From the NCBI GenBank assembly GCA_964016885.1, contig OZ024743.1, positions 10,664,001 to 10,728,000 of the forward strand: a stretch of DNA of 64,000 bases. The letters run 5' to 3'. Below, piece after piece: positions 1 through 13,532 of this stretch; the first letter of the stretch is position 1, and each line of letters starts with the position of its first letter. The position numbers and the translations under genes were made by a program. Source of the stretch: Eledone cirrhosa. Taxonomy: Eukaryota. The notes under the pieces were generated by a model, which saw nothing but the letters and a program-made list of their open reading frames with translations, had not been told where the DNA came from and ran no database searches.

Positions 1-80
1 CATTTATTTGTAAATATCACACTGATCATAATCATATGGTGACATCTATGTCATCATAATTATCATCAATATTATTATCA

Positions 81-293
81 GGGCGGTGAATTAGCAGTAT
101 CGGTAGAGCATCGGACAACAGGCTTTATAGCATAGAGTTATGCCCCTTTATGATCTGAGTTCAAATCCTGCCAAGTTTAACTTTGCCTTTCATCCTTATG
201 AGGTCGATAAAACAAAGTACCAGTAATGCACTGGAGTCGATTTAATTAACTTTCCCCTCTCCCATAATTGTTGGCCTTGTGCCTAAATCAGAT
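81..293 (+). mobile_element. tRNA-derived SINE, family A (CORE/MIR-like, ATT-rich tail)
   Basis: B-box-like TGAGTTCAAATCC. The body (CTTTGCCTTTCATCC...GTCGATAAAA...GTACCAGT...TGGCCTTGTGCCTAAA) is shared with other copies in the window. A 16-bp direct repeat ATCAATATTATTATCA at 65-80 and 294-309 is the TSD. Confidence 0.8.
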
Positions 294-2434
294 ATCAATA
301 TTATTATCATTGTCAATCCTAGCATATTTTTATTCTATCAGTTTATACACAATGGTTCATACGTTATGCTCTGTGTATTTGCCACACATAATACATTGAT
401 AATGTAATATTACAATTCTGCAGAAGATGTCTATCACACTTAAGAATGCAGTTGAGTGTGTTTTGATGTTTTTTCTTTAATTTAAACAATATTCTTATCT
501 TATCAATTTGTGTATTTGTGTTTTCATGTTAATTGTAACATTCATGTTATTCTAATTATTTCTACTTTTCAATTTTTGTTTTGTAAATGTTTTTATTTCA
601 AAGTCAGTCTAAGAAATGTGTCTTTATTTGTCTATCAATATATATGCAAGTATGTTGACAGTAATATCTCTCATTTAGTATGTTGTATTCCTCATACAGT
701 ACACAGTTTTCAGACAAACTCTGTAATGCAATGCATGTACCATATGTTTCAACCATAACTTAAATATTGACAGAGTTTTAATGTATATTATTATTACCAG
801 TTGGTTTTATGTTGTAAATATTTAAAGTCATTTTACTTGTTTCTGTGTCTTTATGGTTTGTAGTATCAGCTAGTTTCCATTTTAGTGATGATATTTAATT
901 AACTGTTGCAAGAAAGATAGATGCTGGTGATGTTTTGCTGAAATGAAAACTCGACTACCATTTATATATCATTGGCACTATGATTTATTTATTATTTATC
1001 AAGATGCACACCTCAGACTTGTGAAAAATACTGATGTGTATTCTTTTCTGATTTAGTCTGTACTATGGGACACATGCTGTCAATAATGAATGTATTGTTG
1101 AGAGGACTCTTTAGCTGTAAGACATGGCACCCCCATCCCACCCCTAGTGTAGGTGATCTACTTTATAAATGATCACACACACTCTGTTAAAATGATTGGT
1201 AATAGGAAGGGCACCCAGCCATAGAAGACCTGCCATTCAAAGTGTTTGGAAGGCTCTTATTCCATGAATAAAACATAATATTTTCCCTCATTTTGTTGCC
1301 ATAATAAAATGCATGCAGTAGAGTGAAAGATTGTATGCCAAACTCCCAGCCCACTGGAAGGTCAGAAGTTGCATTTGAGTATTGACCAGTGTATGATAAA
1401 CTTTGCTAGTAAGGAAAAGAGATGTTAAACAAGGAGGATGAAGAAACCATCCCCAACATCAATGTCAACCAATCCATTCTATCCAGGATTGCCCTCAACC
1501 CTCATTTTCCCTTACATCGCTCTGTTAAATCCCACTACAATAGTCATAGCTCCCGAATATATGTTCCTATTATCATTGCATCTCCCCACTCTATCCAAAG
1601 TCATCGCCAGCCCATAGGGTAGCAAGACCTCTTGAGTTAAATCAATGACAAACAATCTCTCTATTTCTGGTACACCAAAAAATCATATCCAGTGCAATGT
1701 AAAGTTTGGAAGGGCATCCAACCATAGAAAATTTTCCAAACCTAGGATGAGAGAGCTATTTAATTATGTCAATAACATGACACCTCCCTGGTACTGCGGC
1801 CATGATAAAACTCTGTTTGTGAACTCTGTAAAGTACAGAAATGTAGGTAAATGAGATGCAACCCCTGACCTCTTTGAGAGGTCAGTGGCATTGATTAGCT
1901 GCTGACTTGGTCTTTCACAACCCATCCCCAGCAGGGAAAATAAATTTTAAAGCATGATGCTGTGTGATTATGTATATGTATATGTGTGTTTGTGAATGTG
2001 TGTGTGTGTGCATTTGATTAATATGTCCAACTCTTGTTAGCAGGGATGTTAAGTGATGATGATGGAGATTATGTATCTGTCTAGTGTTTATGTGTCTATA
2101 TTTTTTATATATGTATCTGTGCATTTTCATAGGAAATATTATGTATATATATATATATGTATGTGTGAGTATATGTGTATGTACGTTCATGTGTGTAAAT
2201 GTTTTGTAGATGGAGATATGTATAAATATACAAATACACATGGCATATTATTATGGTTGATTTTAATCCATTCACTGAAAATAGTGATTAGAAATAGATA
2301 GGCATATACATGGTGTTGTTAAGAAGTTTGCTTTACAACCATGTGGTATTTGGTTCAGTTCCACTGCATAAGACTCAGGTCAATATGTTTATTTATTGAA
2401 CAAGTAATGTTGGAAATAATTGAAAATGAAAACC

Positions 2435-2503
2435 TGTGTTAGCCAGGAGTCAAACCTGGATCAATTGCTTGGAAGGTAACTGTGCTAACCGTTACACCAA
2501 TGC
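2435..2503 (-). pseudogene. tRNA-Gly(TCC) pseudogene
   Basis: The minus strand reads GCATTGGTGTAACGGTTAGCACAGTTACCTTCCAAGCAATTGATCCAGGTTTGACTCCTGGCTAACACA. It aligns by eye to animal tRNA-Gly-TCC, with several CpG>TpG/CpA changes, a short D-arm deletion and a T-run downstream. Confidence 0.75.
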
Positions 2504-2559
2504 CTTGTGAGTGACATTTTGTAGACAATAACTATGCTGAATTGTCCCATGTGTGTACA

Positions 2560-2724
2560 TAGCATATATGTATAGGAAGTGCATCCAGCTGTAGAAACTA
2601 AGCTAAAATCAGTTCTGTATGAGCAAGACATGGTCACCTGAACTGACATTGCTCGCAACAGGATAACTTGTCTAACCCATGCCAGCATGTATAAATGGAT
2701 GTTAAATGGAGATGATGATGATGA
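2560..2724 (+). mobile_element. SINE/RTE-type 3' tail fragment
   Basis: GGAAGTGCATCCAGCTGTAGAAAC...CCATGCCAGCATG...GGATGTTAAATG(GAT)n, the same tail seen at 11.9, 18.2, 20.8, 21.2 and 32.3 kb. Confidence 0.6.
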
Positions 2725-2789
2725 AATATATATACATATATATATATATGTGAGTGTGTGTTGTTTTTTACTTGTAGTACTCGTGATTT

Positions 2790-3620
2790 GGTAAGGGTTG
2801 TTACAGAACTTCAATTATTAGTCAGGCTAAGATTGTTGCTGGCAGCTAAGAGATTTGCATGCTAGTGGCAGTCTTGGCATTAAGTACATAATCTGCAAAG
2901 AGAAGGTTGCAAATATTCATGGCTTGGACTTGAGTGACTGCTTTCAGATGTGTAAGGGTTGTGAAATCTAACATCCATGCTGTAACAGCTTTGAACACTT
3001 GGAAAAGGATTTTCCCTGAAGACATCAGTGTGTTTGCCAGGAACATCATACTAAACAATTTTGATGCCAATATACACTTGTGTTCCAAATCATTGCTGAC
3101 AGGAAAGTTTGTCAAGGCTTCATTATCATAGAGGACATAAGTTATCATGCTGTTATGAAATTGTCTGATAATGTTGGTAAATTTTGCTGAGCAACCAAAC
3201 TCATAATATTCTATAGATCTTTATGTCTTACTGTTATAAATTCCTTGGTTAGATCAACAAATATATTATAGTGTTGGGGGTTGTTCTTGGTTTTCCTCCT
3301 GTGGTTGTTTCACAGCAAATACCATGTCAACAATGCCATGTCTCACACAGAAATAGCATTGGCTTTCTGGAAGCAGGGACGTTTCAATGTGTTTGATGAG
3401 GCAATTCAGCTGAAATTTGGCAAGGAACGTCCCAGCAAAGAGCAGGGAAATGTCAGTGGGATTTCACAGAACTGTCTGTTCAATTTTCTGCTTGTAATGT
3501 GGTCTGCTGAATCATCTTCGATTTCCTGTAAAAGTTTTATTTGGTTCTGGAAAGATTGGTGTAGCTACTGCATCTAAAATGCAGAATGGGTCATCCATAT
3601 TTGTAGATATCTGTTAGTAT
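2790..3620 (-). mobile_element. Decayed RTE-clade (BovB-like) LINE, reverse transcriptase region
   Basis: The translation contains FPVSNDLEHKCILASKLFSMMF (cf. FPVxNGVKQGCVLAPTLFS) and ICNLLFADY (cf. LLFADD). Upstream frames give a FVDLTK-like and a KFTNIIRQFH motif. Stops and frameshifts are present. Confidence 0.8.
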
Positions 3621-4319
3621 AGTGTTGCCACAGGGCAATTGCTTAATGGTTTTTGTAACTTCTGCTTCATCTAATATGACACCACAGGTGCAATACTATT
3701 GACTTCTCCTGTGAGATAGTCCTTTACAAACATTATGCACAGTCATCAGTGATGTTTAAGACATACTCTGAAAACCCTTTTGAAACAATGGCACATAAGC
3801 ACCATGTTGCAACAAGCACTTTATATGAATAAATAATCAGAAGATCCTGAAGCTGAATCGGTACGGTTATCTTATATGTGGAAAGTGAATAGAGCACTGT
3901 AGTGTAGTTCGAGTTTGTGATACTTAGAGCAGTCTATGAGTTCCTTTACACCCCACCCCCAAATAATGTAGTATACCAAAAGTACTGCTTCCAAAGAAGT
4001 GCTAAGGCTGTCTCCATCATCCCCACTTAGGTATGCTACTGCCTCAGCACAAAACAAGGTTCTGGTTTAAAGGCTATGTAAAATCACTTTAAAAGCATGT
4101 GAAATAAGTGAGGTTAGCTAAAAACGAAATGCTTTTGATCACCACATAATTATAGGAATAATTTATTTTATTGACCACAAGAACCAATGCAAAGTACAGA
4201 AGAAAGCAAAAACAAGAACCAATACATTGAATAAAAGGTGAGATAAGCAATAACAATAAGAATACCTCACTAAATTGAATTAACAGTACATAACAAAATA
4301 AGAAATGACAATTAGAGTA

Positions 4320-4370
4320 GCAGCAGCAGTGGCAGTATAGTTGTAGTAGTAGTAGTAGTAGTAGTAGTAA
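4320..4370. repeat. (CAG)n/(TAG)n microsatellite
   Basis: Directly visible. Confidence 0.85.
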
Positions 4371-5200
4371 TGTAGCTTAAGTACAATGTTTACAAAATAC
4401 TCAATACTACTAAAAGTAGAATGAAATCAGATAAAGAAGCTGAACAATATATATGTGTGAGAGAGTGTTTGTATCTGTGTATATATGTTTGTATTTTTGT
4501 ATGTAAGTATGTATGTATGTATTTTTGTATGTATATGTGTATGCATGTATGTGTGGATGTGTGTATGTATGTGTGAGTGCATGTGTGTATGAGTGTAGCT
4601 ATACAGCTGCACTATTGTATATGTACATATATGCAGCTTTCTGTTAGTTATCAGACCAAACATTTTTAATCATTAACAATTCTCTTGTGTAACTCTTAGA
4701 CCTCATCACTTACATGAAATGAAATTAGAAACACTTTTATTCAGCAGAAATCAAATGAAATTCAATTAAACTGTAAAACCATCTTACTTCAAATGTGTCT
4801 TGTTGGTTACTTGCCAAATAGACAATTAAAATATTTTGCATAAAATATTCTCAAGGAATTACTAGAATGAATATGTTCATTCAATTTATATTTCATAAAT
4901 GCATTTTTATAGCTAAAATATTATTTATCAGCAGAATTAGATCAATAATTTTCTTATTGGTGTGATTAGTTTAATAGAAATCATATAATGGAAACACATA
5001 CACACACAAGAACCATGAAATTACTCAATATATATTTTATACTGATGATAGAAAGAATTAATTTATTCTGACATATTTAATTTTGACTCCATGCATCAGA
5101 AATTAACCAAAACAAATACAAATTAAAGATCAAATTAAGAAAGACCTTTCTAGGTAATCTCCATGACTATTTTTCATACTTCCTACTTCCATTATGAAAA

Positions 5201-5686
5201 CTAGCAGAAAAACCACCACCCTTCAGGTGGTTTTCTGCTAGCATGTGTAGTGTGTATATTGATATTATACGCAAGTATACATGCATGTAGATATGATACG
5301 TCAAATAAAATCGTAATTGACAATATACACAGAAATTGAACGAAAACTGTGTTACACTCTCTTATGTAATCAGTAACATAATCCATGATACATTAAAAAA
5401 AAGACGATATTATATATAAACTGCATTAGAAGAAAATTAGTGACAGAAATATATGAATATTTATTTAAACGATCGCTAACCGGAAGTGTTGACGTTTGAA
5501 CATTTTAAAGAAGTGAATCTTTAAATAAGTAATAAAATATATTTAATGAACAGCCACGAAATGTAGTAGATAAATTATGTAATATTCATTCATTATTTAT
5601 TCAAAGTAATCTAACTTATTTTACTAAGGGGAAAAAAATGATAAACTGTACGCAGTCCTGCGCTTCTTACTTTATTATAGTTTAGA
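5201..5686 (-). mobile_element. Non-autonomous Helitron-like element
   Basis: On the minus strand it begins A|TCTAAACTATAATAAAG (5686). It ends with a GC-rich hairpin followed by CTAG|T (5201). These are the canonical 5'-TC...hairpin-CTRR-3' termini, inserted between host A and T. Confidence 0.6.
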
Positions 5687-7099
5687 TTTATGCAATGAAC
5701 TTATCTAATCTAAGTTTTGCTGTTGTCAGATGCAAATAAAAACTAACTTTCTAATCATGTATTTTTTTTTTTTTAGAGTTTTGGTGTAATCCCCACTCTC
5801 TTTTCAAAACAAAGCAAAACAGATTTTTTACTACCTTGAATTGTATTTCTCCTTTTATTTCACCTTGAACATTAACTTTAGGGAGAAATTTGATTCTCAA
5901 CACTCAGGAAGAAAATAGAAAGCCTATTTGTTTGTCCATTCTTTGAAAATGATATAAAGAATTATAATTAAGTATAACTAAAAATAATGGAACTTTCTGA
6001 TAAATGTTATGACCAATCTAAAGTGTAAATTTTCTCTCTGTGTAAAAGAAGGAATACTGAAGCTCGTTCCAATGATTCAAAACAACTTTCAACTATTCTA
6101 TTATACTGACCTACCAAAATATACTCAATTTCTTCAATATCATTATTCTAAAGAAATCGTCGGAGATATTTTGAGAAAGAAATAATCGAATTCCATTTCA
6201 CACTTGTATGAATTTCAGGAAACCAATACTTATAGATCATGTCTGAAATCTGATGTTACCATCATGTCTGTGCAATTGCTGTGACAATGAGATAGTTGTA
6301 TAATATTACATCAAATATATATTTATATATAGATACACTACATAGAGCTGCATCAAATTGTAACATGTTTCAAAACGTGTGAATAATATTGAAATTGATG
6401 CCAACTGCTCACTTCCATAAATGTCTTTATGCTGCCTGTAAATCAAATCCACCTAAGACTCTTTTAAACTTTTAAGTACAGTTGGAATTGTAAGAAATGT
6501 TTCCCTATTTTTACTTTCATGTAGCAACTTGGTATTTAAAACCAAATCAACACTGCCATCACTATCAGTGATACAATACTGACATTAACACTAATAATAA
6601 AAATCAATTATCACTTTATAATTTGTGGTAATTATTACCAGTATGAATAGTATTGATATCAGCTTGTTATTAACAGTGACAGCCTTATCATCATGAATAA
6701 TATTTATATCATCAACATTAGTAATATTGATGTATTTTGACTCAAGGCCACCTTTATTTTTTTTTTCTGTAAAAGAAAGTTGTATAATTGATTAATATAA
6801 CCCAGGTTATTATATTAACCCTAGACGACTCAAAAATATGAAACATTTTAGCAGAAAGATAAAACTAAATATACTTTAAATCTAATACTCCACTTTCTAA
6901 ACTGCTTCCTATGCATTTGTAAAAGAAGTAATATAAAACATATATATAACATCATTTTCAACGTTATTGTAAACACTAATGATATTAGAAACTAATATCA
7001 CAGCAATGTTAAATAACAGTAGCAGTATGATTGTTCCTTGATGGGCCAAGAGATGGAGAGGAAATTCTTGGAAATTGGAATATCTGCAAGCACTCACTG

Positions 7100-7560
7100 T
7101 CCTTTGCCAACCAGGCTTTGGAATCAGTGGAAAATAAACTTTACAGGCATGGAAGTGCCATCTGCTAGGCCTGTCTGAGATGTGCACAGGGTAATGAGAC
7201 CATCCTGCATGCACTTGTTGATTGTCCAAGTATCACTAACTTGTGGGTATATGTCAAACATCTGCTGTTGCATGTAGGATGGACCTGGCTATTAGCTGAG
7301 TCCACCCTCCTTTAGCAAGGAAGGTGACCATGGTGAAAGAGGTTGTATGGTGGACGTGTCTGAAAGGGTTGAAGATGGGCACTTTCCACTTTGGTGACAC
7401 TCTCATTAGTTTTTTCAGGTTTCACCTGAAAAGGAAAATCAAGATGGAGAGGGAAGTGCTGCTTTCCAGCCAGATTGTTGAAAGGTGGGGGAGAGAAGCA
7501 AGAATGGCACATGTGAATGGGCCTGCCCTGAGCATATGCCTGTAATAATGAGGGAGGACA
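7100..7560 (+). mobile_element. L1/Tx1-like LINE 3' end (zf-RVT-type CCHC finger and ORF2 C-terminus)
   Basis: Plus-strand CLRCAQGNETILHALVDCPSITNLWVYV from 7172 (Cx2C..ET..H...C), followed by the remnant ORF 7324-7545. Confidence 0.6.
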
Positions 7561-7584
7561 TCTGGGAGAGGGCACTTGCCCTAG

Positions 7585-8110
7585 AAGCTTTGACAATAAT
7601 ATTGGGTCAGTTGTCTTTGATCGCCCTGTGTGTATTGGCATATCCCAGAGTATGGTTGCTTTGTCATTCCATGACATCTTTTCTGGCATGCATCTGTACC
7701 ATCATTTTTTCTGTTGGGATTTTATAGTATTGGTATAACCTCCAGTGTATATAAATACCAACTCTACCATTTCTATGGACATATTCCTTTTTGGCTAAGA
7801 CTCAGCAGAGATAATGTAGTAAATTGTTTCTTCCTCTCCTCCACATATTGTACATTTACTTACTGTGTACTGCTTCATTATGTACGACTGGTGGTTTCTG
7901 GGAGGCTTTGATCATGTCCTTTGATTAGCAATCCTTCAGTCTCAGCTTTTAGTCCAGTGCTTCACAACCAGCTATGAGAGTTTTGCTTGTTCATGTCCTC
8001 TCTATTCAGCTTTTTGGGGTATTGACCATATAAGGGATTTTCTTGCCATCATTTTAACATGGTATTCTGGAGGTCTGTTTTCAATTTAGATTTTAACTTT
8101 TCAGACATGC
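7585..8110 (-). mobile_element. Decayed R4/Dong-clade (RLE-type) non-LTR retrotransposon fragment
   Basis: Minus-strand motifs GLKAETEGLL, KCTICGGEEETIYYIIS (CCHC knuckle remnant) and PEKMSWNDKATILWDMPIHT, typical of the region before the R4/Dong restriction-like endonuclease. Confidence 0.75.
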
Positions 8111-8129
8111 AGCATGTATTAGTTGTGTT

Positions 8130-8280
8130 AACTCAATGTTCTGAGTTCAAATCCCATTTGGGTCAAATTTGCCATTTATCTCTTTGGGGTCAATAAAATA
8201 GAGTATCAGTCAAGTATTGGAATTGGAATAACCCCTTTCTTCAAATTTATGACCTTGTGCCTATCTAAGAAATTTATTTT
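8130..8280 (+). mobile_element. SINE family A, degraded partial copy
   Basis: TTCTGAGTTCAAATCCC...GGGGTCAATAAAATA...GACCTTGTGCCTA. Confidence 0.6.
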
Positions 8281-9411
8281 TTATTCTTACATTTATTGCA
8301 TATTTCACCCTTTCTCTTGTTTTGTTTAAATAAATAACTTCTTTATTAACCCCCACATGTCACTGTTAGTTCCTTTCACCATTTCTTGTTTTGTATGTTT
8401 GAAAAATCATGCATGAAATTGCTCTCAGATCGTTGTCATCACCATCATCATCATCATCATTATTTTCATGTATTCAACTGTTTCATATAAGTTTCTACTG
8501 CATCACTAAATGCACCTTCCAGAATTGAGTGTAGTATTGCCTTTTTCCAAAGTAGAATTGTGTTTATATGCTACATCTATTTTGCCTTATTATGACATTT
8601 GTTTTGTTGTTTCTGGAGCAAATTTAGTGTTTGGTCAGTTTGTTAATTATGTTATGTGTTACAGTATTGTGTGGTGACTGTGTATTGTATGTGCTGTCTT
8701 AGTTGCGTTATATTATTGAGCAGTGATTGTATAGAAAAAGTGTTGCATGAATTGTGTTATTTTATTGGATGGTGATTGTATAGGGTAGTGTATAGTTGTA
8801 TATCATATGTGGTGGACAGAGAGTGTAATGAATACATTTTTAGGATTTTTCTATATTATCAATATTCCGCTCCAATTATCATTGCTACTGTTTTCATTTT
8901 CATAGCTATTTATTTTCATTTTAAGATGTTTGTAGTTTGATAACTTCTTCCTGTGCAAAGTTTTGACCAGAAGGGATTAAAAATACATTCTCCATTAATG
9001 TCACAAAAGATAATATACATAATATACCCCATGCTAAGTTTTCAATGATCACATGCTCATCATGTAATGTAGTTCCACTAATATTAACAAGGAAGATATC
9101 TTATATCTAAAGTGCAGGAACTTATGCCATAGGTAATACTTGAATAGAACTGATTAAACAACAATAGCAGAACATTAACAATAGTCAAAATAGTATTTGT
9201 ATTCTTTTACAAACACAGCAGGATTCTCTAGTTGAAACACTGAATCTCCAGGTTCCACTACCCTCATTTGGCAAAATAGCAAGAGAGAGAAATGGCAGTG
9301 ACTTTCAGAGATTAGTTGATATCTTCACAGGAAAATTCCATTTAGGGTTTGATTTGGATTAAAATATTTGTAATTGTAAAAAAAAACAATTCTCTCTTGA
9401 TGAAGTTAAAG

Positions 9412-9540
9412 CATCACCATTATCATCATCATCATTACCATTATAATCATCATCATCATCATCATCATCATCATTGTTGTTATCATTGTTGTAATCATTA
9501 TCATCATCATCAACACCAGCACCATCACAACCCCCACCAG
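9412..9540. repeat. Imperfect (CAT)n microsatellite
   Basis: Directly visible. It explains the poly-His and poly-Asp spurious ORFs. Confidence 0.9.
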
Positions 9541-10689
9541 TAATATTAATAAGCTGCAGCAGAAATACCATCACCCTTGCCATCAAGACTTATTCATGTT
9601 TGTCTCCTGCTGTCTGCAATGTTATATTTAAAACATTATTATTCATACTTTGGCATTGTCATGGAGATACACTCCAACAATTCCCACCTTTTGGTTTAAG
9701 GTTAAGCACAATAATCAATCATATTTGTTAAATGACATTTTCTCCCTTCTGTTAGACTTTAGCTTCTTTTTTTAATTCTAAAAACAACATTGCCTTTTGA
9801 AATCATTTTATCTTTTATTTTTATCAATTCTACAAAAAACAGAATTAGTATTATTTTCTTTGCTTCTGTCTTACTAAGATTTGATTAAAATGAAGACTTA
9901 TATTTTAGTAAATGGCAATGCTATGAATATAATTTTTGGAGAAAGTGAATTAGGTTCTAACTTTACTATACCAATAATAAATAAATTATTGATAATTTGA
10001 CCTTTAAAATAAATTTAGAATATATGTTTTTAAAAGGATATCCGTGACAGGCCACTATACATTCTTGTCAAGTTCTATTTGCTTCAGACAACATAATAAA
10101 AGATAAATATATATTGAAGTAATTATTACATATCTAAAGCAATTCATACAGTCAGATACAAGCTGTATTTTTAAGTTTGACTTGTTATAATAGTGATCAG
10201 TAAGTATTTTATAGAAATGCATATTGAACTGTCTCTTATATAAATAAAAACTTGTTTTGAAATGATGTACTATTAATTTAAATATTCATGCAATCTAAAT
10301 TTCAAATTAATATATGAATAATATATGAACCAAAAGGCTTAAATATATAAAGGTTTCGAATATATGAAGAATATATAAGTGCAAAATGACAACAACCAGA
10401 GAACTAATTAGAAACATAGAAAACAAAATAAAGTGTCATGTCAGAACATACATTGATTAATGTGGAAGCAGTTATAGGAAACTCAATACTGTATGCTAAA
10501 TACAAATAACATGATACAGGGGAGCAGAGCTTTACATGTGATGGTTGTGCAAGAATTATCATTAAAATAGGTACCTATGAAATGAAGCCAATGAACTGCT
10601 GAGATATCTCACTAGACATAGTGAATAGTTTATAGGTGACATAATTAGTACTATAGTAGTTGTAGTGCAACAGAATTGTAGAAGATAAA

Positions 10690-11050
10690 GGAGCAACAAA
10701 AGGTCTTTCTTTCAATATAAAAGGCACACGGTATGAAGCATATGTAAAAAGACATTTATTGCATGGTAATGAAACATAGACATTGAATGTGGACAATTTC
10801 CAAAGTTGGGTTTGATACATTGAATGCACAAATGTTCTTCAAGAACAGAAAGCTATTAATATTAAGAGACAGAAGAACTAAATGATCTGGTGGGGTCATG
10901 GGATGTGAATGGATGTAAAGATGGGTATAAAGATGACATATTGATAAAGTACAGTGTTTGTCGTTAACTAAATCATGATGGAGTCAGATCTCAGAATGTT
11001 AGACCTCACATAAAAGATGATGTAGGAATGAGACGAGAGGCTGTAAGAGA
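10690..11050 (+). mobile_element. Highly decayed RTE LINE 3' coding fragment
   Basis: KGTRYEAYV..LLHGNET*TLNV and WWGH-like motifs resemble the RTE post-RT region. Confidence 0.45.
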
Positions 11051-11531
11051 CAAATCCACCCTAGAAAAATATTTATTACACCATGTACTGCCACCTACCA
11101 CCAGTCAATTCCTATTTTATGACTACTGCTAAGATTCTTGCATTTTTAAAATTTACTAATAAAATACCAAGCTTAATTACAACATTAAAATTTATATAGT
11201 TTCAAATTTGACTATTACAATGTCAAGAGTAAAAGAGCAATATTTAAAAACAATGTTAACGGCACAGATGGCCTGGAAAGCATGTAAACCAGTTGGATAA
11301 TATTGGTTAAACTAAATGTAATATCACTAACTTCGCTATAAACCCAATGTAATATTTGGTATATTTTTTGTGGGCAATTTCAGCACCTTTCGTTCAAAGT
11401 AAGGTGTTCTGGTGGTATTAAGACCTTTAACATGCGTGGTTACTACATGTCAGTGACTTCCAACTTTTTGACAACAAACAGCTGTGAAACTTTCAGGAAA
11501 AGAGCAATCTCTAAATCACAATGCTCTACCT

Positions 11532-11759
11532 TTAACCATTTAGCATTTAAACTGGCCATATCTGGCCAGCATTCTTTCATCTCTTTCTGTTGAAACCAGC
11601 CATAACTGTCCACTCATATTGATGTTAGTGTATTGTCCTCAAAATAAATAATATCAAAATCTCATAGATTCAATATTATGTGAAATAATTATGCAAGATA
11701 AAGCCTTTAAACGAAAATATAATAGTATATATAGAGTAATGTAAATGCTAAAGGGTTAA
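11532..11759. mobile_element. piggyBac-type MITE (TTAA-flanked), copy 1
   Basis: Terminal inverted repeats TTAACCATTTAGCATTTA...TAAATGCTAAAGGGTTAA, with TTAA at both ends. Homologous to 17081-17298 in inverted orientation. Confidence 0.7.
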
Positions 11760-11922
11760 GTCAATGATTTCAGCATGCCTTTTAATTTGCTGAGTTAGCT
11801 TGATGTCTGTCATCATTTATCTAAAAGGAAATGTTAATCAGAACAGATTAGAAAAAAAGGTTAGACCTATTAAAAGATGTCTCCTTAAAGAACTGAGAAA
11901 CTCTGTATATGTATGTATATTC

Positions 11923-12258
11923 ATCATCATCATCATTTTACGTCCGCTTTTCCCTGCTTACAAGGGTGGGACGGGAACTGATTCTAGCTTGATTTCTACA
12001 GCTGGATGCCCTTCCTAACACCAACCTCATTTACAGTGAGTGTGGGGTGCTTTTTTGCCATGACACCTCCACGACCACTTTGCAGTGGGATGATAGGGAC
12101 CTCAGACCCTATCATATCATTTCTACAGCTGAGTAAACTGGAGCAATGTGAAATAAAGTGTCTTGCTCAAGGAAACAACACATCACCTGGTCTGAGAATT
12201 GAACTCACAACCTTTCGATTGCAAAGCTAATACTCTAACCACTAAGCCATGTGCCTCC
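11923..12258 (-). mobile_element. tRNA-headed SINE family B with RTE-like (GAT)n tail
   Basis: The minus-strand head has an A box (TGGCTTAGTGG) and a B box (GAGTTCAATTC), a central CCTTGAGCAAGACACTT, and the tail GGACGTAAAATGATGATG. Near-identical to 18227-18546 and 32131-32410. Confidence 0.85.
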
Positions 12259-12299
12259 ATGTATATATAGATATATGTATGTACACATGCACATACAGA

Positions 12300-12478
12300 C
12301 AATGAACTTTTCCCCAGCTTCTATTTACCAAATTCCATTCACAAGCTATTGTGGTATTGGTCAATTTGAGGTTACAGTAGAAGGCACTACTAGCCTATGG
12401 TGCCATGCAGTAGGCTCGAACCCAAGATCATGTGGAGGCAAAGCAAACATTTTAACCACACTGTCAAACCTGTGCTAT
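12300..12478 (-). mobile_element. Degraded tRNA-derived SINE
   Basis: Minus-strand head GTGTGGTTAAAATGTTTGC...GGGTTCGAGCC. Confidence 0.45.
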
Positions 12479-13532
12479 TGTTTCTAGAAGTGTCATTAGT
12501 CTTCTTGCTCGATTATATTGATGTGTAACATTTAAATGTTCAATTTATAAAATTCTCTTCATTTTGAGAAATATGCATTTTTCTGTTCAGATAATTGGTT
12601 AAATTTTAGCTTGTAACCAGCTACCCTTTCTAATATAATTGACTCTTTGTTAATGAACATCATGGTAATAAAAATCGTGATAATAAAAATCATGGTAATG
12701 AATGAAATAATGTCAATGAATGATTTCCATAGAAAAATAAAGAATTAAAAATGAAGGTAATGGAAAGTTGTTTAGATTCACTTATGCTAATTCTGGGTGC
12801 ATGTGTATGGGTGTGGTTATCCTAAATGTTACATTGAATGATTTTCTTTTATTCACATGCTTCTGTTAATAGTATGTAATGAGTAGGACAAACCAGAATT
12901 TATCAACACACTAAATTGAAAGCTAAGTTTCTTTGTGTCTGTTTATTCTTGCAATCCATTACATTATTGGACAATTATTACATCATTTTTTTTACTATAC
13001 GCATCAATGTTTATTGATAATTTGTTTTTATTAATTCTTAGAGGAATGTTTTAAGTGTAGACTTTTGGTATTGATTAAGGATTTTGAACAAATTGTCCTT
13101 GGATACATATATTTTAATTGATGTCGCAACGAATTTTTGTGATAACAAATGAGGTTCTGAAATAAATTAGTCTTGTTACTAAAGGGTCAACTGTACTACC
13201 TTCTCAACCAAAATGGGAAAGTGATATGTATTTCCAACTGAGTTGCCTGAGCTAAAGTGATTAATATGACTGAAACCAATGCCAGTAATTAGTTTGAACA
13301 CATAGCATTAAGATTTGTAGCCCAGCACCCTAACAACATACCCATTGTGCCTGTATAAATGTCCATGGTAGATTTCTTAGTAAGTTTTTTTGTTTCTTAT
13401 TTCTTTTAATTTTAATTACAAATTGATAAATGTAATGTTCTCATTAAATAAAATTAATGGGAGTGTCTGAAATAAAATTAGATTAGAGGTAAAAAAAAAT
13501 GTTTATTGACATATATTGTATTTAATATTAAT

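Noticed and set aside
1915-2301. His/Thr/Tyr/Ile-rich short ORFs (also 4427-4663 and 31766-32525)
   Set aside because: Products of (TA)n/(TG)n/(TATG)n simple repeats.
9349-9586. Poly-His and poly-Asp ORFs
   Set aside because: Translations of a (CAT)n microsatellite.
10505-10560. C2H2 zinc-finger gene exon (TGEQSFTCDGC)
   Set aside because: It is a single linker-like motif among stops, with no complete finger or array.
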